64,000 nucleotides of DNA, from assembly GCA_964450605.1 (NCBI GenBank), contig CAYVEK010000001.1, positions 8,430 to 72,429 of the forward strand, in the 5' to 3' direction. Below are positions 39,720 through 49,237 of the stretch, piece by piece; the first letter of the stretch is position 1; every line of letters starts with the position of its first letter. Position numbers and translations under genes: made by a program. This DNA comes from an uncultured Candidatus Saccharibacteria bacterium. Lineage in GTDB: Bacteria; Patescibacteriota; Minisyncoccia; Phycocordibacterales; CAIZLB01. The notes under the pieces were generated by a model, which did not search any database, had not been told where the DNA came from, and saw nothing but the letters and a program-made list of their open reading frames with translations.

Positions 39720-40762
39720 AAACTATAAAACACATGCAAACACGATCACTGTGGTACAAAAAGATATTTTTCTATCTCAAGTCGGGCCAATCAGTTGCTG
39801 ATGCCTTAAAAAACTCTAATACTGATCGGTATATAGAAGATATAACAAAAAAAGTTTTATCAGGTGAAAAGCTGAGTACTGCGTGTGTGTCTTGTAAAGA
39901 CGATATTTTCACGTCAACGGAGGTGTCACTTATACAGACAGCAGAATATACAGGAACACTACAAAAAGTATCTATATTTTTGAGTGATGTGTTAAAAAAC
40001 TGGTATACACAAAAACAAAAACTTTTTACTATGGCTATATATCCGTGTGTTGTTCTATTGCTTACGGTGGGACTACTCGTGGGTATACTTGGATTTATTG
40101 TTCCTAAAATAAAACCTTTGTTTTCAGATTTGCCACATATACCATTTACAACAAAACTATTGATGTGGGGCAGTGACATGTTTCTTTCATATTGGTCTAC
40201 TGGACTTTTGATGTGTATAGTTTTTTTGCTTATACACGTATCCATATCAAAACATCGTGTATATGAGGCATATCTAAAAAAGATAAAAACATATATTCTT
40301 TTACATACACCGTATATAAAAGATGTATATATATTTTGGAATATAGATAGGTGGACGCATGTTTTTTCTATCTGCCTCGAAAATAACATATCACTTGAGC
40401 AGTCTTTTTCTTTAGCGACGCAGACTATTGAAAATGAATACATTAAAGCATCTTTTTTGAAATCTCTCACTAAAATACAACAAGGTGTGCCGTGCTCAGA
40501 TTCATTGTCAGAACTTCCGGACACTATATATAAAAATATAAAAGATTGGTACTCGGTTATACGTTCAGGAGAATCATCATCTTCACTTAAAGATGTATTC
40601 AATGTGTTCTATGTCTATATGCACGAACAGTTAACTGGTCTGTTTGAAAAAACTCAAAAATACATAGAACCCGCACTTATACTCGGTATAGGTGGAATAG
40701 TTCTCCTTGTCGCAGTATCAATCATATTACCCATGTACCAACTAACCCAATCAATACAATGA
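39716..40762 (+). CDS. type II secretion system F-family platform protein (PilC/ComGB-like)
   Basis: 348-aa polytopic membrane protein immediately after the ATPase with 4-nt overlap. Confidence 0.6.
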   Translation: MKTIKHMQTRSLWYKKIFFYLKSGQSVADALKNSNTDRYIEDITKKVLSGEKLSTACVSCKDDIFTSTEVSLIQTAEYTGTLQKVSIFLSDVLKNWYTQKQKLFTMAIYPCVVLLLTVGLLVGILGFIVPKIKPLFSDLPHIPFTTKLLMWGSDMFLSYWSTGLLMCIVFLLIHVSISKHRVYEAYLKKIKTYILLHTPYIKDVYIFWNIDRWTHVFSICLENNISLEQSFSLATQTIENEYIKASFLKSLTKIQQGVPCSDSLSELPDTIYKNIKDWYSVIRSGESSSSLKDVFNVFYVYMHEQLTGLFEKTQKYIEPALILGIGGIVLLVAVSIILPMYQLTQSIQ

Positions 40763-41928
40763 ACTCAAGAGGATTTTCTTTAATAGAGATTGTTGTAGCG
40801 TTGGCAGTTTTTCTGATCACAACTGTATCAGTTTTATCTTTTTATGATAAAACTTTTTCTAACGCTGAATCTGTTGTGTTTAAACCTTTACAGCTTCTAC
40901 CACAAGCTCTTTCAGAGTATTCGTATGAAAAAAAAGTTTGCCCTGAAAATAGTTTAAACAATGAAGTAAAAGAGATATCTCTGTCTTCTTATATTTCAAC
41001 CTCAACCCGACTTACTGGAATCTTTATAAATAACAACAGACAATTAATCATAACAACAGACTCAGCTTCGACTACTGAAGCAGATGTTTTTATCTTTGAT
41101 ATTGATGAATCATATAACCTATTTTTGGTTAGCAAACTCGATGTCGGTCCTGGTATAACCTCTGCTCGATATATTAGTGATATCTTATATGTGTTAAATA
41201 CAAGCGTATCTTCTCATATAAAATCATTCAAAATATCTCAAAACTCTATCCAGCAAATCTCCTCATTAAAAATACCATCACTCGCTACAAGTTATTCACT
41301 TCCCAAAACGATACTTGTTCGACAAGGAAAAATATTTATAGGCTCAGAAAAAAATAGTGGTGGTGGGGAATTATTTATTTTATCATTCGATTTTAAAACA
41401 GGAGTCATAACATCAATCGACCGAGAGATAGAGATTGGTGGGCAAGTAAATGCTATTGAAAATTATGGTTCGTATATGGTAGTTGCTACAGCCGGAGACC
41501 CAGAACTCAGAATCTTTGATGAACAGGGTGTGTTAGTTAGTTCTTATGATGCTGATCTTGCTCTTGGGAATGGTAAAAGTGTTTTTACACTATATCCGTA
41601 TATGGTGCTCGGCAGAACTATAGGTAGTGGAGAATTGCATGTTTTTAATTTTAAAAATAGTTCAACGACGGAACTTCTTTCTACCGACAGGTTGCACGGA
41701 ACAGCTGATGCTATGGTGAAAACCGATCTCGATAATATATTTGTTTTTACATCAAATACAGAAAAGGAGTTGCAAGTTTGGTCGTATAAAGATATCAATA
41801 AAACCGGAATCCTTCATCATAAATCCGACATTGATTTACCGAACAGAATATCAGCATTTACATGTGATGTATCACATCTATATATAGCTCTAACTCAAAA
41901 TGATTTACCATATGTATACATCAAATAA
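40759..41928 (+). CDS. large pseudopilin-like protein with prepilin-type N-terminus (389 aa)
   Basis: N-terminus MNSRG/FSLIEIVVALAVF (class III signal, Glu at +5). Confidence 0.6.
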   Translation: MNSRGFSLIEIVVALAVFLITTVSVLSFYDKTFSNAESVVFKPLQLLPQALSEYSYEKKVCPENSLNNEVKEISLSSYISTSTRLTGIFINNNRQLIITTDSASTTEADVFIFDIDESYNLFLVSKLDVGPGITSARYISDILYVLNTSVSSHIKSFKISQNSIQQISSLKIPSLATSYSLPKTILVRQGKIFIGSEKNSGGGELFILSFDFKTGVITSIDREIEIGGQVNAIENYGSYMVVATAGDPELRIFDEQGVLVSSYDADLALGNGKSVFTLYPYMVLGRTIGSGELHVFNFKNSSTTELLSTDRLHGTADAMVKTDLDNIFVFTSNTEKELQVWSYKDINKTGILHHKSDIDLPNRISAFTCDVSHLYIALTQNDLPYVYIK

Positions 41929-42364
41929 AAAATACAAAAGAGGTATCACTGTGTTGGAGATGGTTTTATATATGGCAATATTTTCTGTATTTATAACAGG
42001 TTCTTTTTATATAAGTTTTTATATACAAAAAGTCTACGAAAAGAATGTTTCTCTATATATACATAAGTCAGCAGTTTATTTCTTTCTACACCTTGTCCAA
42101 CAACATGCTCTGCACGCTGATAGTGTTGATGTACATACTGATCCTGTAACAAAGCAGTTGTGTCTTGGATATGTATATAAAAACAATATAAGAAAAACAT
42201 CGTGCATATATCCCGAAACTCGTTTTAGAGATGTGTATATAAAACGCGTGACTGATAATAACAAAACATTATCCAGTTCTTCTATCTACTACATATATAT
42301 AGAATGGGGAGAAGGTCAGTTTGTAAAAGAATATTTGTATATACCAAAATCTTTGAGTCTGTGA
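41900..42364 (+). CDS. pseudopilin-like protein with prepilin-type N-terminus (154 aa)
   Basis: KRG/ITVLEMVLYMAIFSVF prepilin-like cleavage/methylation motif. Confidence 0.55.
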   Translation: MIYHMYTSNKKYKRGITVLEMVLYMAIFSVFITGSFYISFYIQKVYEKNVSLYIHKSAVYFFLHLVQQHALHADSVDVHTDPVTKQLCLGYVYKNNIRKTSCIYPETRFRDVYIKRVTDNNKTLSSSSIYYIYIEWGEGQFVKEYLYIPKSLSL

Positions 42365-42379
42365 TAGAGTAAAAAATCC

Positions 42380-43492
42380 ATGAAGGCTTATTTCCCAAAA
42401 CTCGATACACTCAGATTTTTTGCATTTCTCATTGTGTTTATTTCGCACACCTTTTTCTTTTTATTTGACGCCAGCCAAAGTACTGTGTTTTGGCAAAAGT
42501 ATGGATCGAAAATATTTGGGCACGGGGAAGTGGGTGTTCACATATTCTTCACTTTAAGTGGTTTTTTGATTATGTTTTTAGCATTGAAAGAGCTGCAAAA
42601 AAATAATAGCTTTTCTGTAGCTGGTTTTTTTAAACGAAGAATACTTCGTATCTGGCCTCTGTATTTCTTGGTGCTGTCTGTGGGGTTTTTAATTTCGAAC
42701 ATACCTGAACAGGTAACAGGTTGTTTTAACAAGTTCTGGTATTTTTTAGGTAACACTTGTGTTGCACAGGTGTCAGCCTTGTCTTCTCTAGAGGTGCATA
42801 CTATAACACCACTTTGGTCTATTTCTGTTGAAGAGCAGTTTTACATTGTATTTCCGTTCTTGTTTCTATATTTTGCCTGGAGTATAAAAAATAGATTTCC
42901 ATTCAGAAAACTGATTATCGCCCTTGTTGCTGTAAGTCTTATTCTTTTTTCATTCCTGATGAGATATATCAACGCAGATAATTGGTCATATATCAGTTAT
43001 GCCACTGCTTCAGTTTTACCATCACTGTTTGCTGGTATAGGACTGGGTTATGTTGTATATCGTAAAAAGGATACATATATAGCTCGTATTCAAAAAAAGT
43101 CGAAGCGATGGTTTTTGACCGCAATCCTATTGTTTCTTTCAGCTCTATATTTAAAATATCAAGGATCTGTCGGTGTTGCTCTGTATATAGTGCCACTGGC
43201 ATGTGCAACAGGTATTTGGATTTGTTTAGGTATTAAAGATAGTTCAAATATGAATACTGTAGACGATACACGGTTAAAACCAACAGTGTATCTTGGAAAG
43301 ATTTCTTATGGATTGTATGTATATCATATGTTTATGATGGTCTTTGTAAATAAACTGTTTTCAACAGTCCCAGGTTCAATGACTTCTCTGGCTTTAGTTG
43401 TTACTAAAGCCGTTCTTGTCTTTTCGGCAACTGTTCTGACTGCTCATCTTTCATACAAATACATTGAAAAATGGTTTTTGTCTTTTAAATGA
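42380..43492 (+). CDS. acyltransferase family 3 (membrane O-acyltransferase)
   Basis: LDTLRFFAFLIVFISH N-terminal motif; 10-TM topology. Confidence 0.7.
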   Translation: MKAYFPKLDTLRFFAFLIVFISHTFFFLFDASQSTVFWQKYGSKIFGHGEVGVHIFFTLSGFLIMFLALKELQKNNSFSVAGFFKRRILRIWPLYFLVLSVGFLISNIPEQVTGCFNKFWYFLGNTCVAQVSALSSLEVHTITPLWSISVEEQFYIVFPFLFLYFAWSIKNRFPFRKLIIALVAVSLILFSFLMRYINADNWSYISYATASVLPSLFAGIGLGYVVYRKKDTYIARIQKKSKRWFLTAILLFLSALYLKYQGSVGVALYIVPLACATGIWICLGIKDSSNMNTVDDTRLKPTVYLGKISYGLYVYHMFMMVFVNKLFSTVPGSMTSLALVVTKAVLVFSATVLTAHLSYKYIEKWFLSFK

Positions 43493-43508
43493 AAATATGT
43501 TATAGTTT

Positions 43509-44765
43509 TTGCTATACATGTCAACAACGTTTGAGTTAGTGTATGCGGTAATTCTATTCCTGGCCATATATATCCAGGTGTTTTTCTTGTTAATTTTTTT
43601 TGAGCACAAGAAAAAGGTTTCTCGTAAAAACATAACACCAACATTGTCAGAAAGTGAAAAGCTCTCAGTAACATTTCTTCTACCTTCTTGGAACGAAGCG
43701 GAAACTGTGTGTGGAACAATCAGCTCAATACTTAATGTTGAATATCCCAAAGAAAAATTACATATCATTGCTGTTGACGATGGAAGCAAAGATAACACAT
43801 GGGAGATTTTACAACAGTACAAAGATCACCCTCAAATCACATTGATTCATAAAGAAAATGGGGGAAAGTTTACTGCTCTTAACGCAGCGCTTCCTCATGT
43901 TAAAACAGATCTTGTGGTTTCTTTTGATGCTGATACTAAAATAAATCCAGATGCACTTCACAAAGCTGTACCTCATTTTGTTCATGATTCTGAACTTATG
44001 GCGCTCGGCGGAACTGTTTTGATCGATCATCCAAAAACATTTGCACAAAAAGCTCAGGAGATAGAGTATCAAACATTTTCATTTACTAAAAAAATGTTAG
44101 GCTTTGCTGGTGCTGTGCTTGTTGTTCCTGGAGCATTTTCAATGTTTAGAAGAGAAGTTTTTGATAAAGTTGGGGGATATAAGCACGCATACCTACTCGA
44201 AGACGCTGAATTGACCATGAGATTGCACGCACATGGATTCAAGATTGATCATTGTCATGATGCTATTGTGTGGACGAAGGGTCCAGCAACAATTAAGGGT
44301 TTGTTTAAGCAAAGACTTCGATGGAGTTATGGTTTTATTAAAAATGCGGTCGACTATCGATATATGTTTTTAAATAAAAAATTTGGAAACTTTGGACTTT
44401 TTACACTACCTATGAGTGTGTCCGCATATATACTTCTTGTGTTTATATTTTCTTATTCTATATATAAAGTCAGCATCGCGTTCATGGCTTGGATTCAAAA
44501 ACTAATGCTCGTTGGGTGGAGCGGTATAGAGTTTCGGGTGTGGGATCCATTTTTCTTCGACACAAAAGCTACAACAATAATGTCATTATTTATATATGGG
44601 GCTATTATTACCGGATTCTTTCTTGGTCGATATATTTCAAGAACTAAAAAGAAAAATTTTCACAACATTCCTTACTTTATTATAGTATATGGATATATCG
44701 CCCCGTTTTGGGTTATGAAATCTATATATAACTGGATTTTTGGAGGAAAAGTTACCTGGCGATAA
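43509..44765 (+). CDS. family-2 glycosyltransferase, likely processive membrane synthase
   Basis: DDGSKD, FDADT (DxD) and QRLRWSYG (QxxRW) motifs; C-terminal TM segments. Confidence 0.8.
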   Translation: MLYMSTTFELVYAVILFLAIYIQVFFLLIFFEHKKKVSRKNITPTLSESEKLSVTFLLPSWNEAETVCGTISSILNVEYPKEKLHIIAVDDGSKDNTWEILQQYKDHPQITLIHKENGGKFTALNAALPHVKTDLVVSFDADTKINPDALHKAVPHFVHDSELMALGGTVLIDHPKTFAQKAQEIEYQTFSFTKKMLGFAGAVLVVPGAFSMFRREVFDKVGGYKHAYLLEDAELTMRLHAHGFKIDHCHDAIVWTKGPATIKGLFKQRLRWSYGFIKNAVDYRYMFLNKKFGNFGLFTLPMSVSAYILLVFIFSYSIYKVSIAFMAWIQKLMLVGWSGIEFRVWDPFFFDTKATTIMSLFIYGAIITGFFLGRYISRTKKKNFHNIPYFIIVYGYIAPFWVMKSIYNWIFGGKVTWR

Positions 44766-44816
44766 GTAGCTTTTGAGGGCTGGAGATATTATTAAAAATA
44801 GCGTAGTATACACATC

Positions 44817-45524
44817 ATGAACTGGAAACGATACTTATATACATTCATTATCACTCTTTTTATCTTTACGTTTGCTATTTGGATTAGCAACAAGTTTAAC
44901 GATGAAAAAATAGATTCACTTCGAGGTCTTGGAAACCAGATCAGTCTCGATATTCTTTCTGCTGAGACACGGTTTTCATTGCTTCAAAAAACATCTTGTG
45001 AACATATTGTTGATCAAGCTTCAAGTACTATTGGTTTTAACGCCGAGCTTCAGGATCTTGCGTCTCGTATAAAGTTTATGGAAAGTCAGCTTGGGTATGA
45101 AAACGTGGATGTTATCGCGCTTAAGAAAAACTACATTCTTTTACAGATAAAAGATTACCTTTTGAGTAAAGAGTATCATGATCGATGTAAACAAAATACA
45201 GTTTCTATACTGTATTTCCACGGATATGATTGTAAAGATTGTATTAATCAATCAATCATACTTGATAAAATCGTGAGTGATTATCCTGAGATACGAGTGT
45301 ACTATTTTGATCTCACAACATACACTCCAGCACTTGCTACTCTTGCTTCAGTCTTTAAGGTTATTAAAACACCGACTCTTGTTATAAATGACAAGGTTTA
45401 TACAGGTTTCCAGGATTTACAAAAAGTTGAGTCATATATTCCAGAGATTAAAAAGTGGAAAAAAGATAAAGAAAAAATAAAAAACACAGCAACATCAACT
45501 GCTACTTCAACTAAGAAAAAATAA
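44817..45524 (+). CDS. membrane-anchored thioredoxin-like protein
   Basis: N-terminal TM; CKDC motif in thioredoxin-like context. Confidence 0.5.
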   Translation: MNWKRYLYTFIITLFIFTFAIWISNKFNDEKIDSLRGLGNQISLDILSAETRFSLLQKTSCEHIVDQASSTIGFNAELQDLASRIKFMESQLGYENVDVIALKKNYILLQIKDYLLSKEYHDRCKQNTVSILYFHGYDCKDCINQSIILDKIVSDYPEIRVYYFDLTTYTPALATLASVFKVIKTPTLVINDKVYTGFQDLQKVESYIPEIKKWKKDKEKIKNTATSTATSTKKK

Positions 45525-45529
45525 CAGCT

Positions 45530-46273
45530 ATGAAAAGAGATCAATTAAAAGACGGGCATCTACATCCTATAACCCAAGCTATTCAACAGTTTGTTGATAT
45601 ATTCTCTGAGATAGGCTTTTCGCTATACAATGGCCCAGAGATAGATACAGAGTGGAAGATTTTTGATGCCCTACGTGTCGCAAAAGATCACCCTGCTCGA
45701 GATGCTCAAGATACGTTCTGGCTTCCTCCTTCATATAATAGAGGCGGTGAAAAGATTCTTCCGCGAACACATACATCAAATGCACAGATTATTTGTATGA
45801 ATGATGTAAATAAACCGCTACCTATACGTATTATCTCTGCAGGAAAAGTTTTTCGAAATGAAGCGACTGATGCAACTCATGAGGCAGAGTTTCATCAACT
45901 TGAAGGGGTATGTGTAGATAAAGATGTGTCAATGGCTGATTTAAAAAACACACTCACATATGTGTTTAAAAAGTTTTTCAATGATGAAAATCTACAATTG
46001 CGTTTCAGGGCAAGTTATTTTCCATTTACTAAACCAGGTGTAGAAGTAGATATCTTATGGAAAGATCGATGGCTTGAAGTATGTGGTGCAGGGCTCACTC
46101 ATGAAGAGGTTCGGCAACATGGTCTAAGTGGACGTATGTCCGCAGAGGAAATAAAACAATATAGCGGCTTTGCGTTTGGTATGGGTCTTGAACGTTTGGT
46201 TATGCTTAAATACGGCATTGATGATATTCGTGACATGTCGAGCGGTGATATTAGATTTAGTAGATGGTTTTAA
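45530..46273 (+). CDS. pheS: phenylalanyl-tRNA synthetase alpha subunit (short)
   Basis: Class II core (FRNEATDATHEAEFHQLEG; FGMGLERLVML). Confidence 0.9.
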   Translation: MKRDQLKDGHLHPITQAIQQFVDIFSEIGFSLYNGPEIDTEWKIFDALRVAKDHPARDAQDTFWLPPSYNRGGEKILPRTHTSNAQIICMNDVNKPLPIRIISAGKVFRNEATDATHEAEFHQLEGVCVDKDVSMADLKNTLTYVFKKFFNDENLQLRFRASYFPFTKPGVEVDILWKDRWLEVCGAGLTHEEVRQHGLSGRMSAEEIKQYSGFAFGMGLERLVMLKYGIDDIRDMSSGDIRFSRWF

Positions 46274-46285
46274 TTTTTAAAATAT

Positions 46286-48313
46286 ATGTTGATCTCACAC
46301 AACTGGCTTAAAGGCTATTATACAAATAAAGAATTAGTACCTACTCCTGATAAAGTTGCAGAGCTTTTCACAATGCGGGCATTTGAGGTGGAGAGCATGG
46401 AAGAAAAAGATGGAGATACTATATATGATATCAAGCTGACTGCTGATCGAGCCCCTTATGCTTATGCACTTAGATATGTAGCACTCGAGCTAGCACTTCT
46501 TGTTCCCGAACTCATTCTTTCCCCAGAAGTCTACAATCTATATACTGCAGACATTGCAGTTGATGATATTGCATATACAACAGATACAAATCTTGTAGAT
46601 GCAGAAGTTAAAGACGATTGTCAGATGTATTCGCTTACAAAGATAGAAGGTGTTGCAAATAGTACAAGTCCGGATTGGGTAAAAATGGGCATCGAGACAC
46701 TTGGACAACAAAGTCGAGGTGTTGTTGTTGATCTGACAAACTTTGTTATGTTCGACAGTGGTCAGCCACTTCATGCATTTGATGCAGATAAAGTAGAAGG
46801 GCAGATACATGTAGGAAAAAGTCTAGAAGCGGAAAAGATAACAATACTCGGCGGAAAAGAGATCGCTCTTCCTACAGGAACTCTTGTTATACGAGATGAT
46901 AAAGATATACTCGCTATCGCTGGAGTCAAGGGTGGTGTCAAGGCGGAAGTAGATGCAAATACTAAAAACATATATCTTGAGTCAGCTCATTTTAATTCTG
47001 TAAAAGTAAGACGAACTGCTCGAGGTCTAAATCTTTTAAATGATTCTTCAAAACGATTTGAACAAAATTTAACAGCTGAACGATTTTTGGTTGGACAGCA
47101 AACTTTTCTACATATGATCAAGTATGTTTTTCCTGATGCAAAAGTCGGAGAGCTCAAAGTATCATCAGATATAGAAACACTTCTTGATGCAACCAAATTG
47201 ACAAAGATAATAGTAGATATCACATCTGCATCTGTCGCTATAAACAAAGAAGACGATAGAGTTCCTGCACTACTGCGAGAATTTATAGAAAACATATTGC
47301 CTAAAACTGGTGCAAAAATAGAAAAGAAAGATGAGAATACATATATAGTAACCGCTCCGCACTATCGTTCTGATCTTGTTTCTCAAGCAGATGTTGTTGA
47401 TGAGTTTTTGCGAAATAAAGGATATGACTTTTTAGAATACAAAGAACCTGCTAAACATAAAGTAGAGGGTCTTGAGAATCCTATGGATAAACTTGAGGCG
47501 GTCATTCGAGATTATTTTATACACGCAGGATTTGACGAAGTAAAACTACATACGTTGGTTGATAATAAAGAGCAATCTGATGCAGTTCTTCTTGATAACG
47601 CCTTAACTTCTGAGAGAAATAGTTTGAGAGGGAATCTGTCAACAAACATGTCAAGAGTTTTGGAACAAAACTTGAAGCACCTAGATCTGGTCTCAGAAGA
47701 TAGAACAGTATATAGAGATCAAGATAAGGTAAAGTTGTTTGAGATTGGAAAAGTTTTTGAAACTAAAGGTGATGATGTTGTGGAGAAAAATCATCTTGTG
47801 TTTGGTGTGGCTATGGTTAAGTGGCCAAAAGGGCAGAGTACAGAAAATTTTCTACATGACAGATTAATCGAGTTAGATGCAGAGCTGAGAGTTGATTCAA
47901 AAGAATTAATTAAGAAAAATAAAGATTGTTTTGAAATAGATTTAGATTTATTAATGTCACTTATTCATCCAAAACAGTTTGAAGAACGTTTAGGTAGTAT
48001 TTTAAGATATCAATCTCCAGCAAAAATAAATTACAAAAAAGCCTCAGTTTACCCAGCCATGTCACGAGACATTGCTTTCTTCGGATCAAATGATCAAACA
48101 GAAGTTGCTGAATTTATAAAAGCTCAAGTTGTAAAATGTCCGCTCATAGAAAATCATTTCTGTTTCGATATTTTCTCAAAAGAAGATAAAACCTCATATG
48201 CATATCGGTTTGTATTTCAATCATACGAAAAAACTCTAACAGAAGAAGGGGTGAGTGTGTTTATGAATGAGATTGCTGAAGCTGTAAAAGAGAAGGGGTG
48301 GGCAGTGAGATAG
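46286..48313 (+). CDS. pheT: phenylalanyl-tRNA synthetase beta subunit (reduced, 675 aa)
   Basis: Follows pheS; B3/B4 and B5 region similarity. Confidence 0.85.
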   Translation: MLISHNWLKGYYTNKELVPTPDKVAELFTMRAFEVESMEEKDGDTIYDIKLTADRAPYAYALRYVALELALLVPELILSPEVYNLYTADIAVDDIAYTTDTNLVDAEVKDDCQMYSLTKIEGVANSTSPDWVKMGIETLGQQSRGVVVDLTNFVMFDSGQPLHAFDADKVEGQIHVGKSLEAEKITILGGKEIALPTGTLVIRDDKDILAIAGVKGGVKAEVDANTKNIYLESAHFNSVKVRRTARGLNLLNDSSKRFEQNLTAERFLVGQQTFLHMIKYVFPDAKVGELKVSSDIETLLDATKLTKIIVDITSASVAINKEDDRVPALLREFIENILPKTGAKIEKKDENTYIVTAPHYRSDLVSQADVVDEFLRNKGYDFLEYKEPAKHKVEGLENPMDKLEAVIRDYFIHAGFDEVKLHTLVDNKEQSDAVLLDNALTSERNSLRGNLSTNMSRVLEQNLKHLDLVSEDRTVYRDQDKVKLFEIGKVFETKGDDVVEKNHLVFGVAMVKWPKGQSTENFLHDRLIELDAELRVDSKELIKKNKDCFEIDLDLLMSLIHPKQFEERLGSILRYQSPAKINYKKASVYPAMSRDIAFFGSNDQTEVAEFIKAQVVKCPLIENHFCFDIFSKEDKTSYAYRFVFQSYEKTLTEEGVSVFMNEIAEAVKEKGWAVR

Positions 48314-48316
48314 GTT

Positions 48317-48706
48317 TTATAAATTATTTAAACCTAGTGAGAATATTATCGCACAGCCTCCAATGCCTATAATAGCAACAACAAATAGTGTGAGAATTAT
48401 ATTTGCAATGATATTGCCAGGACGATCGGGTAGACGAGGGAATTGAGAAGGATTTATTTCTGTTAGTCTATTTCTTATTTTTTGTATTTTACGAGCATAC
48501 ATACTTCCTATTAGACTACCAAATAGATATACAGTAAAACCAATATTAAATAATGATGCGCCTAATTTAAAAGGTCCATTAAAATGCAAAACTCCTCCTA
48601 AAAGCATTAGTCCTAAGGCTAAAGAGTTTATTTTCTGAAAAAATGCATATTTTTTCTCCAAATACTTGAGTTGATTTTGCAGATCTAATGTTGAATTTGT
48701 ATCCAT
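48317..48706 (-). CDS. small membrane protein, paralog B (129 aa)
   Basis: Shares architecture and C-terminal ...INPSQFPRLPDRPG...IIGIGGCAIIFSLG with the upstream paralog. Confidence 0.5.
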   Translation of the reverse strand: MDTNSTLDLQNQLKYLEKKYAFFQKINSLALGLMLLGGVLHFNGPFKLGASLFNIGFTVYLFGSLIGSMYARKIQKIRNRLTEINPSQFPRLPDRPGNIIANIILTLFVVAIIGIGGCAIIFSLGLNNL

Positions 48707-48734
48707 ATATACTATGTTATCAAATAAAAAACTT

Positions 48735-49157
48735 TTAACCTAAAACAGAACCCCAACCAAAGAAGGCAAAGCATCCTCCAACACCGATAATTGCTAAGGT
48801 TAATAATACTAAAAAAATAGTTCCGAGTACTCCTGCCACACCACGGTGGTATGGTTTAAATCCGGAAGGATTTATAGAGGCTAGTTTATTTTGTAATAAA
48901 TGCGCAGTTGAATTTTTCGAAGATATTTGTATAGAGCCTACTAGAAATAATACCAGTCCAAGAGTGAGGGGGATAAGTCCAACAATCAACGCACTTTCTT
49001 TATCAACCAATAAACTGCAAAGTCCTGCGCCAACAAGCATAAAGAAAAGACCTGCAAGCATAACCCTGTTTGCACTTTGTTTTTTCTGAGTAACTAGATT
49101 TAGTTTCTTTTGAAGATCTTGTGTTTGAGATGTATTTAAATTTGGTTCTATTTCCAT
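48735..49157 (-). CDS. small membrane protein, paralog A (141 aa from ATG 49157)
   Basis: C-terminus ...INPSGFKPYHRGVAG...IIGVGGCFAFFGWG; the track's longer ORF (GTG 49238) would read through the rSAM terminator. Confidence 0.5.
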   Translation of the reverse strand: MEIEPNLNTSQTQDLQKKLNLVTQKKQSANRVMLAGLFFMLVGAGLCSLLVDKESALIVGLIPLTLGLVLFLVGSIQISSKNSTAHLLQNKLASINPSGFKPYHRGVAGVLGTIFLVLLTLAIIGVGGCFAFFGWGSVLG

Positions 49158-49173
49158 ATAGTAAAAGTTTAGC

Positions 49174-49212
49174 AAATAAAAAGTCGCCGGACCAGGTAAA
49201 CTGGTCCGGCGA
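49174..49212 (-). terminator. intrinsic terminator of the radical-SAM gene
   Basis: CGCCGGACCAG-uuuac-CUGGUCCGGCG, 11-bp perfect stem (49185-95 / 49201-11), then UUUUUAUUU on the minus strand. Confidence 0.65.
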
Positions 49213-49237
49213 TTCGTTGATGAGGTAGACGGTTGCA

